This document shows, piece after piece, positions 28,701 to 50,232 of a stretch of DNA of 64,000 nucleotides (position 1 is its first letter; the number at the start of each line of letters is the position of its first letter). The notes under the pieces were generated by a model. That model did not search any database. It worked only from the letters and a program-made list of their open reading frames with translations, and had not been told where the DNA came from. The position numbers and the translations under genes are program-made. The stretch is taken from the NCBI RefSeq assembly GCF_018977255.1, contig NW_024704765.1, forward strand, positions 4,836,001 to 4,900,000, read 5' to 3'. The DNA is from Callorhinchus milii (taxonomy: Eukaryota).

Positions 28701-30023
28701 CTGGCTCCTCTTGGTGGCTGTTGAGGACATTTATATCAGGACATCCAGAGAAACCGGTTTTAATGATCCTTAAATCTTAAATTCTTTAACGACAGCACAA
28801 CATGAGGCCATTCAGCCCATTGTACCTGTGCCAGCTCTTTGAATCAATTACTGCCAGCCCCCTTGCCTGTGAGTCAGCCTGGCTCAGTTGGTAGCGCTCT
28901 TATCTCTGGGTCTGAAGATTGTGGCTTAGAATCACATAGTCTAAGCTGACGCTCCAATGCAGTGCTGGGGGTGTGCTGCATTGTCAGAGGTACCATGTTT
29001 GGGACGAGACGTTACACCAAGGTCCCCTCTACCTGTTCAGGTGGACGTTAAAGATTCCCATGGCACCTTTTTGGAAAGAAAAGGGAGTTTCACTCTCCCG
29101 GTGTCCCGGCCAACAAACAATTCCCCAAATAAGTAAACTGGTCATTTGCTTTGTGGATGTCTGTGAAGAAGCATTGCTGCGTGCAAATTGGTGGCTGTAT
29201 TTTCAAACCAAATGAACCGGATGGTCACGACATGTTAGAGTAAATGGTGGGAAGCCCTTGCTCAGGTTTTCATGCTTTGAGATTTTCAAGGCGTAATAAT
29301 ACCTTATCACGTCATTGAGACGTTAATTCACTGTATATTTTGTGGTCGAAACGTGGCAGCCAATTGCATACAGCAATGTCTCACAAACAGTCGTGGATTG
29401 AGTGACCAAATTATTATTATTGTTTTGGGAGAGAGTATTACCGCCGGAAAGTGACCCACCAATCGATTAACAACCAGGTTCCAACTTAGTGCCAGGTAAA
29501 CAGAGGCGTGTGGAGTAAGGAAACTTGCCTAAGGTCTCGCGCTGCCCCCGGTCGGGACTCAAACCTGGGTCCCCTCACTTGTGAGGCGAGCGCGCTAACC
29601 AACAACAACAACAACAACAAGATTCCATTTATAAAGCGCCTTTCACGTCAGGAGGACGTCCCAAGGCGCTGCACAGTCTACGCTACAGGGCTCCACAAGC
29701 GCAAGTAAGCGCAAATCATGTGCTGCTCTGGAGTCGGGTGTCTGACGGCGCTCTCTGTGCAGTTATAGGAGGCGGCTGAAACCTCACCCGGACTTTTTGG
29801 ACAAGAATGAATGGAAAAACGACAACCTCGCGATGGAGCTGCACAAGATCAAGGAGGACGACTTTTACCCCAACTCCTTCTGGGTCGAGTTGGAGACCAA
29901 CATCCTGGACGAGCTGAAGAAGCAAGTGGAGCCGTACGACTTCACTGCCTTCGAGTTGCTCAACCCGTCCAAGCTTCGCTTTTACTTCATCCTTGAAAGC
30001 CCGACAATAGGCAAGAACGGACT

Positions 30024-30055
<32 letters not shown>

Positions 30056-33000
30056 CCCCCCCCGCATTGAAACTGGGACGCGTCGAGACTTGGAATCCCC
30101 TAGTCTAAGGTGATGCTCCAATGCAGCGCGGTGTGGGGGTGGGGGGGGTGTTTCATTGTCAGAGGTGCTGTCCGTCGGATGAGACGTTAAACCGAGGCCA
30201 TATTCAGGTAGATCCCAATGAGGGAACAGGTGGAGGCCATTCAGCCCTTCCAGCCTGTTCTGCCAGTTGATTAGATCGCGGCGGAACCTCTTAAATCCCA
30301 TTTTCCTGCTTTTTTTCCCTCCGTAACCCCTTAACCCCCACCTCGCAGCAGAAACAGCACGCAACTGAGCAACGAGTTCAGTCGCATGTCTCTGTTCACC
30401 CTCCCCAACGCCCCCCCCCCACCACCACCACCTACCTTTACTCTCCCTCCCCCCTTCTCTCTCTTTCTCTCTCTCTCCCATCTTTCTGCAGTTTCAGAAA
30501 AGAACCGCTTCCAAATCGAGACCCGAATTTTCCAAACATTCTGTGCGGTCTTGAATTTTGAGGCGATGGAATTTCGGGGCATGGGGGAGACGGGGAGGGG
30601 AGTGGGGGCGACATTGTGGGTGGGCTGCTTGGCTTTTTAACGAGTGCTCACTCGCTCTAATAATAATAATAATAATCCTTGCATTTGATATAGCGCTTTT
30701 CACGTCCGGAGGACGTCCCAAAGCGCTTCACAGAACACACTGTAAAGTGAATTGACTATATTTGTGGGTGAACGCGGCAGCCAATTGCGCACAGCAATGT
30801 CCCACAAACAGTCGTAGATTGAAAATGACCAATTTATTATTGGTTTTGGATTTTTGGAGGGATTATCATTATCAAATAAGATTATCAAAAGCTCTCTGTC
30901 TTTTGTAGACGTTGGCGAGTATCTGCTGAACGACGTGATTCAAATCGACCTGGGAAACTACCTCAACATATCGAGCACCACTTTGATCAAGTGGATCAGG
31001 GAGTCCTGGAACCCGACCCTGTACAGTGACGATGTGATTGTTCTGGCCACCAAGACAGAGGGCATCATTATCGATGGGATTCAGTAAGACACATTGTATT
31101 ACAATACAACCCAACATACTTACACTTACACAGCGCCTTTCATGTCGGGAGGACATCCCAAGGCGCTGGACAGTCAAGGATTTGGACCCGAGCTGGGGGT
31201 TGGGATCAGCAAGGGTGGAGGGCAGGGAGGATGGGGGTAGGAGGGTGAACCGAAGGCACGGTCGAAGAGAAGAGAAGGGTCGTGAGACGGGCCTTCAGGG
31301 AGGCAAGGGAGGGAGCGCGGCGAAAGAACTGTTGGATGGAGTTTCAGAGGGTGAAGGCGGAAAGGCTGAAGAACCGACTGCCGATAGTGGGGCAGGCAGG
31401 GCTGGGGACCCGGAGCAGGCCGGATCCTGCTGATTTAACACATTAATCTCTTCCAGAGAGGATGATTTTGGCAACATCCGAGCGATTATGTACGACTTTA
31501 TTAAGCAGGTGCCCGGGAGAGTGGCGATAGCACAGAGGCTGTTTGAAATCAGGAAAGGTACGCAGGGTGTTCCTCTGCCCTTGTGCAGCTCAAAGGCTAA
31601 ATCCATATCAGTGTGATTTACGACACTCCCGTCTACGTCGCTCTAACTCACACCAGGACTTTGAAGCTGGGAAACACAACCGACACAAAGCTTACTGTTT
31701 GGCAGGTTGCCTCAGGCACATTTCCTTCACGTCATCTAATTTGCTGCGTCCCTTAACGGACGCATTTCTTTCCTGAGAACTCCTCAGTGCTGCGCGTCTC
31801 GACGACGACGCGATAAGGCCCCGTTATCAATGTACCGCGAATTTCTCAGTTAAGAAACGGGGTGATTCTCAAAACTCTTAAGAGAGAAAAAAAGATGGTA
31901 ATCTTAAGCGGAATCGTTTGTATCTGTTTGCTGCCTCCGCCCTGTTGAACATCTTGCTCTGCAAGTGCTCTCGTGAGCCATAAATCCAATGATTCTCGGA
32001 ATCCACAGACTCCAGGAGTCTGTCACTCGGGTGAAAGCAATGTAAACACACGCACACCCACATACCACAGTTACTGGCTGTGTTAGGGCTCTTTCACGCT
32101 TGAGAGAGAACCCCTTTCTCTCTCTCTCTCTCTCTTTCTTCCCTCTCTCAGCGCGTCTCTGAGCCGGGCTTTGCTCTGTCTGAATTATAACAATAAACGG
32201 GGCTAAAGGCCCAGTTTTTCAGTAGCCGGTGCTGAGTACATTTATAATAATAATAATAATAATCCTTGCATTTGATATAGCGCTTTTCACGTCGGGAGGA
32301 CGTCCCAAAGCGCTTCACAGAACACACTGTAAAGTGAATTGACTGTATATTTGTGGGCGAACGCGGCAGCCAATTGCGCACAGCAATGTCCCACAAACAG
32401 TCGTAGATTGAAAATGACCAATTTATTATTGTTTTGTTTTTGGAGGGATTATTATTAGGCTCTGTGTGGAGTAAGGAAACTTGCCCAAGGTTTCGCCCTC
32501 TGCCTGGAATTGAACTCAAGTCTCTCACTTGCAAAGCGAGTGCTCTAACCATTGAGCTACAGGACTCCAGAAAGGTGTCATTTCTGACACCTGTAGAGCT
32601 TGTGAGGGGAGTGGGTGGGTGGTGGGGGTAGAGAAGGGGCAGGCGGAGGCACTTTGTCTCCGGATCAGAGGGTTGTTGTGTTTTTTCGCTAGTTCGTTTG
32701 CTCAATGTAAGATTAACGAGCGAGCTCCCCTTTTTTTCCCCCAGACATCTCCAAGCAATGCAACGGAACACGAAGCGTTCACCACTGTATCTGTAACGAG
32801 GGATTTATGGGGAACGGAGTCCACTGCACTGGCGAGTATTCCTGAACCTCGGGGGTTGCACGCAGGGACGTCGCGAGCCGAAGATTAGTCGGACACATCG
32901 GAAATTCCTCGGTGATCCCGAAAGCTTTGAGATCCCGCAGAACTTTGGAAAATTCTTGAATTCAGTCTCAACAACAACAATAACAACAGCAACAACAAGA

Positions 33001-36000
33001 TTATATTTGTATAGCGCCTTTCACGTCGGGAGGACGTCCCAAGGCGCTGGACAGTGTACAGCATTTCAGACCCGAGCTGGGGTCAGGGGGGAGATGGGAG
33101 GGGAGGGGAGGGGAAGGGGGTGACCAATGACATGGTCAAAGAGGAAGGTCCTGAGGTGGGACTTAATGGAGGCTAAGGGGGGGGGGGGCGAGGCGGAGTG
33201 ATTGAGGGATGGAGTTCCAGAGGTTGGGGGCAGAGTGGTTGAACGGTCTCCCGTCAATCGTGGGACGGGTGGGTCGGGGGACGTGGAGCAGGTCGGAGCC
33301 GGCTGAGCGGAGGGAGCGGACGGGTTGGTAGGGGTTAAGGAGGTCGCAGAGTGGGGCGAGGGCCATGGAGGGCTTTGTAGGTGAGGACCAGGATTTTGAA
33401 CTGGCTGACGGGCTGAATGGCCTCTTCCTGTCCCTGGGCGACGAGGTCAGTAACTTGTGCGGTGAAGAAAGCGTTGGCTCCTCTGTGCGAATGCTCTGAC
33501 CCACGAATATGGGCCGCCGTACCCAGAGCAGCCACCAGGTGGCGTCACAGCCATACTCTTCAAGGTGAAGGAGGAGGCGGGTGAAGCTCTTCCCCTTCCA
33601 GCACAGGGTGACTGTCAGTGAGGGGGAGTAATAATAATAATCCTCGCATTTGATATAGCGCTTTTCACGTCTTCTCGACGTCCCAAAGCGCTTCACAGAA
33701 CACACTGTAAAGTGAATTGACTGTATATTTGTGGGCGAACGCGGCAGCCAATTGCGCACAGCAATGTCCCACAAACAGTCGTAGATTGAAAATGACCAAT
33801 TTATTATTGTTTGGTTTTGGAGGGATTATTATTAGGCTCTGTGTGGAGTAAGGAAACTTGCCCAAGGTTTCGCCCTCTGCCTGGAATTGAACTCAGGTCT
33901 CTCACTTGCAAAGCGAGCGCTCTAACCGCTGAACTACAGGACTCTACAAGAAGATCATTTGCCATTTAATTCCAGCTTGTTGGTCTTGTCTTGCAGATAT
34001 CGATGAGTGCAGTCAGGGGATGCCTCTGCAGTGCCTGCCGCACACCAAGTGTATCAACACGTACGGCTCCTACGCATGCCTTTGCCCGGATGGTTATGAA
34101 GGAGATGCCTTGTATTCTTGTATAGGTACCACAAACAGCAACGACAACAACTTGCATATATATAGCGCCCCCTCACACGGGGTCACGTCCCAGAGCGCTT
34201 GAAACACGGTGGGGATTGGGGGTGGGGGGGTAGGGGGGGTCAGCAGGGGAAAGGGGGAGTCTGATGGACAGGGTGGGTGGCAGGGGAGGCGGGAGTTGAT
34301 GGATGGACGGATGGTGTTGGGGGGCATGGGGGGGGTGGGGGGGCAGTGGAAGAGTCTTTTCCTGCCAAGAGTTGCGCTGTTTTTTCCGGCCACGATTCTT
34401 CCAAAGAACTGGCTTCTAAGTTAAGACGGGGATTTACGAATTGTCCCCCATTCTTACGTCGTTGTAAGATGTTTATGGGAAAACCTGTTCTCGGGGTGGG
34501 GGGGGGGGGGGGGGCACGGTTGCTGTTTATGCTGAGCTTGAGGGGAGAGTTCATTGGTCAGGGAGGGTTTCCCCCGAGTCACGGTTTGATCGCCAGCGGG
34601 TTTCCATATCCCATCGACAGATGTCGACGAGTGTATGGTCAACGCGGGAAACTGCGACGAGAACGCCTTCTGTGTCAACACCCTCGGCTCCTACGTCTGC
34701 GTCTGTCAGAACGGCTACTTTAGGGACGGGATGAAATGTCAAGGTGGGTCAGGCTCCCTCTCCCCCACCCCCCCACCCCCGTTCCCCCCAGTCCCCCCCT
34801 CCCCCCACCCCAACTCCGGTGAATAGATTCCGTGGGTGAGATTTGACGTAGTTCATGGAGGTGTTCAATGTCATAAATAACTGTGTGTGTGTGTGTGTAG
34901 GGGCGTGTGTGTGTGTGTAGGGGAATGTGTGTGTAGGGGCGTGTGTGTGTATAGAAACATTTAATCAAGACTATGCAAACTCCCTGTTTGTTGGAATTCC
35001 CAACTCTCCCCTCCACAAGCTACAGATGATTCAGAACTCTACAGCTCGTGTCCTCCTTCAAGGTCCATCGCCAGACCTTCCTCTTTTGACCGTACCTTTG
35101 GCCGCGTCCCACCACAACCCCACTTGACTCCAACCTCCGGCTCGGGTGCAAACCCTTCACTGTCCAATAGCTTGGGACGTCCTCCTGACGTGAAAGGCGC
35201 TGTGTACATGTAANNNNNNNNNNNNNNNNNNNNNNNNNNNNNNNNNNNNNNNNNNNNNNNNNNNNNNNNNNNNNNNNNNNNNNNNNNNNNNNNNNNNNNN
35301 NNNNNNNNNNNNNNNNNNNNNNNNNNNNNNNNNNNNNNNNNNNNNNNNNNNNNNNNNNNNNNNNNNCCGTGTGCCTGTGCTCTGACCCTCTCTGCATTGG
35401 TGTGTGAACAGGGAGCAGTATCTGGACACCCTGGTCTCCCTGGTCAGTGTGTACGGTGAGCTGCGGGGTCCAGAACACCATGCGTGTGCGGCTGTGCACC
35501 CACCCCGAGAGCGGGATGCGCTGCGAGGGGCCTTCGGTGCAGCTCAAACACTGCGACAGCGTCAGCCCCTGCCCAGGTAACCCACACACAGCACCCACCG
35601 CACCCAGCCACCCCGGGGGAGGCTGCGTACAGGTGTCGGGGCGGCTAGAGCAGAGCGAGCTGGAGGGGGTGGGGAAGGGGAGGTTAACTGATTTGGTCAG
35701 ATCAAATTTTTTTTTTAGGCGCGACTTTGCGTTCCCGGACACTCCAGGCGCTGGAGTTTGTTTGTTTTTTACGTTGACTTCAGGCTCCTGAATGCATGGC
35801 CTTTTTTACTCCAAATATCGGGAAAGATTTTATTTGAACCATAAACCAAAATAAGAAAATATTTGCGGTTTTATTTTGCAACTTGAACGTGGGATTCTTT
35901 ACAATGTCACCCGTGTTTGCTTACGTTTAATTTGCGGCTTTCAACGCTTATTCCCTATCTTGCAGGCGCACTTCCTGAGCCTTCCCCGCTTTTAAAGCTT

Positions 36001-38246
36001 CTATCCAGGTTAGGGTTAGGATCGTGGAATCTTACAGCACAGAAGGAGGCCATTCCGCCCATCTGGTCTGTACTGGGTCTTTGAAAGAGCTACCCAACTA
36101 GTCCCCCCCCCCCCTCCCCTCCGCTCTTACCCCATAGTCCTGCCAATGTTTCCTTTTCACGTATCTGTCCAATTCCCTTTTGAAAGCTACCGTCGAGGTG
36201 TAAAGACTGGTGAAGCTCTCCAGGACACTTCCCTGCGTGAAAGGACACGATATAAACACAAGTTGTTGTTGTTGTCGTCGTCGTTGAGTAAAGACTACGG
36301 CAGTCACCAGAGAGCTTTGAGAGCCGTGACTTGGTGAAGCAGAACCCAGCGCTCAGGATTTATGTAACGTCTCTAGTTTTTCAGAGAGACTTGCCCTTAA
36401 ACGGAATTGGTGACTGAATAATTAATGGGAGCCGTGCAACTCGTCTTTATAAATAGGCCTCTGTTTACTTAGAAATTTATGCTAATCCTGATCCAGAAAT
36501 GATCCTGATGTGAAGCACGGTATCTCTCTTTCTCTCTCTCTCTCTCTCAATCTCTCTCTCTCCCTCGCTCTCGGTGACGTGATGTGTCCCTGGGTGGGCG
36601 CTTTTTTCGCCTCCCGCTGGTTTGTTTGAAATAAAACCCTTTTTCTCCGCAAACCGAGATATTTTATTGAATTTTAATCAAAAACAAAATCGGATTTTAT
36701 TTCTTTTGGTTCAATTCTTTTTTTCTTGATGGGATTTGTTTGAATGCAAACGTTTTTACGTGAAACAAAAATAAATAAATAAATAAATAAATAAATAAAT
36801 GAAATGTGATTTTATTAGATTGCATTTTATTTATTTGATTTTGTTAAGTTCTATTAAAAATTCAAAATGTAATCAAATTAATTATTATTTTTTGAATGCG
36901 AAAGTTTTCACTTTATTAAAAGCAAATCCATAAAATCGATTTCATGGATTTTTTTTCAATAGTAAAAACAATATTAGTTTAGTTAAACAATAACTTGCAA
37001 TTGTATAGCGTCCCTCATGAGTCGCGTAATAATAATAAATAATAATAATAATATTAATCCTTGCATTTGATGCAGGGCTTTATCACAACTTCTCAGATCG
37101 CTTCACAGTATAGCGACTGTGTGTTTGTGGGTGAAATATTAGTACAATATTAATATTAATAAATGAACTCCTCCTCCCCACCTCTACCCCCACAGTGCTG
37201 GGCAAGTGGTCGGAGTGGTCCCCCTGGTCCACATGTACGCAGCTTTGCTCCGGGATCACCAGGAGAATCCGAGTGTGCAACAACCCAGCCCCGGCCCACG
37301 GAGGACTCCCGTGCACGGGGACGTTCGAGGAGAACCTGGCCTGCCGGCACAGCGACTGCCCAAGTAACCGCCCGCCCGGCCACTCTCTGTATCTCTCTCG
37401 CTCGCTCCCTCGCTCTCCGGCCCCCGCTCAATGCCATCCGTTCCCCTCCTCGCATAGTTCCGCAACCCGCCCCCTCCCCCCCATTAACAGTTCAGGTGAT
37501 CACCTCTCCCTCCTTTCCCCCCTCCAATCCTCTCCCACCGCTGCCCTCTCTGCCCTCCAACCCTTCTGATAGCAACCCCCAGCTCGGGTGCAAATCCTTG
37601 ACTGTCCAACGCCTTGTTACTTGCTGTGTATGTGAATGGCGCTGTGAAAATGTAATGTGTTGTTGTTGTTGCCCGGTCTCTTGCTTGGTTTCAGCTGATG
37701 GTGGCTGGTCTCCGTGGACCTTCTGGTCTCCCTGCCCGTCCAGCTGTGGGATCGGTGTGGTCAAACGCTCCCGCTTGTGCAACAACCCTGCTCCGGAGAA
37801 CAGCGGCAATCCCTGCCTCGGGCACGACTACGAGGAGGGATCGTGCGGATTTCCGGTAAGGATGAGACGCGTGGGATTTTTCCTCTCCACCTTGCACCGC
37901 CCTTGGCTTGAACCCCATCCTCCTGCTCGCTGCCCCTCCCTCTCTCCCTTCCCCCCCCCATCTCTTTTTAATATTGCTCGTTTACTTTTGCCCGTCTTCA
38001 GATCGCACACGAAGACTTTCCTCTTCGACAGCGCCTACGACCACCATTCCCCCCCCCCCCCACCCCCCACCTTTCTCCCCTCTTGACGTCAAACGACACC
38101 ATCACTAAGCGCTCTGAACACTACTCCGGGTGAAGGCCGCTGTGTAAATGTTAAGTCGTTGTTGTCGCTGTTGTTCTGCACAGCTGGATTACTGCAAGTA
38201 TCTCACCCGCCCTATGGACGCCGTCGTGAAGGGAAGATGGATTTAA
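25796..38246 (+). CDS. Unnamed secreted EGF / Ig-like / Ca-EGF / thrombospondin type-1 protein, about 615 aa, 13 exons
   Basis: In-phase exons: 25796-25901 (signal-peptide-like [22 protein letters not shown]), 26569-26706 (EGF), 27494-27677, 29763-30010 (GC donor), 30909-31083, 31457-31557 (beta-rich, Ig-like), 32745-32831 (4-Cys EGF, GC donor), 33997-34125 and 34621-34743 (DIDEC/DVDEC...NTxGSY Ca-EGF), 35412-35576, 37196-37363, 37695-37855 (WSxWS..C..C TSP1), 38184-38246 (stop). Total 1848 nt with no internal stop. Confidence 0.85.
26880..27220 (+). repeat. Unclassified interspersed repeat (~340 bp)
   Basis: Homologous copies at 46200-46510 (-), 1-125 (+) and a fragment at 43050-43115. Confidence 0.65.
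28105..28390 (-). mobile_element. L2-type LINE 3' fragment
   Basis: Minus strand [13 protein letters not shown]...FLFERAYG; AACAAC-type tail on the plus strand. Confidence 0.65.
28871..29210 (+). mobile_element. Deu-domain-type SINE
   Basis: GGCTCAGTTGGTAGC head, then GAGACGTTACACCAAGG...CAGGTGGACGTTAAAGAT...GGTGTCCCGGCCAAC; relatives at 39880-40070 (-), 48780-49110 (+) and 51070-51270 (-). Confidence 0.65.
29310..29697 (-). mobile_element. tRNA-derived SINE interrupted by an L2 tail
   Basis: SINE head GCGCTAACC|...|CTACGCTACAGGGCTCCAC is split by about 78 nt of L2 3' tail at 29601-29678. Confidence 0.8.
32245..32569 (-). mobile_element. tRNA-derived SINE, young short subfamily, full length
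   Basis: Reverse complement of the 21567 copy with few differences. Confidence 0.92.
32970..33410 (-). mobile_element. L2-type LINE 3' end (~440 bp)
   Basis: Minus strand encodes [65 protein letters not shown], a typical L2 ORF2 C-terminus. Confidence 0.85.
33532..33544 (+). promoter_or_regulatory. Candidate CTCF site (intronic)
   Basis: CCACCAGGTGGCG, a full match to the CTCF core, in a non-repeat island between an L2 fragment and a SINE. Confidence 0.55.
33629..33946 (-). mobile_element. tRNA-derived SINE, young short subfamily, full length
   Basis: Near-identical to 32245-32569 except in the 3' stem-loop. Confidence 0.92.
35214..35366. other. Assembly gap (153 N)
   Basis: Run of N in the intron between the last EGF exon and the first TSP1 exon. 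Confidence 0.99.
36770..36800. repeat. (AAAT)n microsatellite
   Basis: Visible perfect tandem run. Confidence 0.9.
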
Positions 38247-38414
38247 GGCTGGGTGCGTGCACTGGTTCCCTGATCGCGCGCTTGACACACGGACGGGAGA
38301 GGCGAGCACTCGACGCTCAAAGAGCCTCGCTGCACGGAGAGCTTGATGTGCTCTTTGTACGTGGACTCGTGGTATGAACCACCGATTGTACATTTGGGAG
38401 AGAATGTATTTAAT

Positions 38415-38420
38415 AATAAA
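38415..38420 (+). terminator. Polyadenylation signal of the EGF/TSP1 gene
   Basis: AATAAA about 170 nt after the stop at 38246. Confidence 0.6.
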
Positions 38421-38883
38421 AGAAAACACTAGACGTACAGCTTCGTTTCCCCCCCCACGCCCCCCCCCCCCCACCACCCCCAACTATTGTGTGTGTATTG
38501 TCCCTGGGACGTGAGCAAGTGCAACCGGCAGGAAACCGGAACTCGTAAAGCCAGCCCTCCTCGGCACCATTTGTGCCCCATCTGTCCCCCAAATGCCCCA
38601 TTTCTCACAGGAAGTAACGAACAGGACGTGACATTGGTGGTGACCTGACGTCCTGGAAGTCGGCTATTTTGAATCAAAATGCAGCCTCGGCGACTATCCC
38701 GCTGCTGCTATTCACCCCACGACTCCCGAACAAATGACGCTTATCTAAACCGCCGCCGGCGCACAATAGCATCAGGACCTCCGGACGCGCCGATACGGAC
38801 TTGCTGTAAAGGTGAGGTGCGAAGCCCCAGCTCGCCAGTAAACAAACACTCAGGTGGTTTTTACACCGATAAGTTCAACGTGT

Positions 38884-38889
38884 TTTATT
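38884..38889 (-). terminator. Candidate polyadenylation signal of GABRD
   Basis: Plus-strand TTTATT (minus AATAAA) about 350 nt after the GABRD stop. Confidence 0.5.
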
Positions 38890-39241
38890 ATTTACAGCTG
38901 TATAGTATACTCGTACCGAGACACCAGACCATTTCTTAATTTAAGGGGTTTGTTTTTAAGATGAACCCCCTCCCTTCCCCCAACCCCCCGGCAACCAAAG
39001 TTGGGTGGTGGGGGGGTGGGGGTGGCTTTCATGCATGAGTTCTGTGTATTCATGGATGGTTTTTGGGAGTGGGGGGAGGAGAGGGAGGGTGTTTCTGCTG
39101 CAGCGACGCTGTGTGGTCATGTCTGTCAGTGGAGGAGGTGGGGGGAGGAAGAAGGAGAGAGAAGGCGGGGGCTGGGAGATGGGGAGAAGCAAAGAGAAGG
39201 GGGGTGTAAACGAATCGGGGTATGGGGGAGGGGAGCGGTGT

Positions 39242-50232
<10,991 letters not shown>

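Noticed and set aside
32148-32771. 207-aa ORF and similar ORFs ending CKDYYY
   Set aside because: Chance open frames through SINE copies.
37163-38086. 307-aa ORF as a single-exon gene
   Set aside because: Only 37695-37855 is in the true TSP1 frame; the rest is intron and L2-derived read-through.
25796-38246. Naming the EGF/TSP1 gene HMCN1, SSPO, ADGRB or SEMA5
   Set aside because: Domain order, size (~615 aa) and lack of VWA, VWD, 7TM or Sema domains do not fit; symbol left blank.
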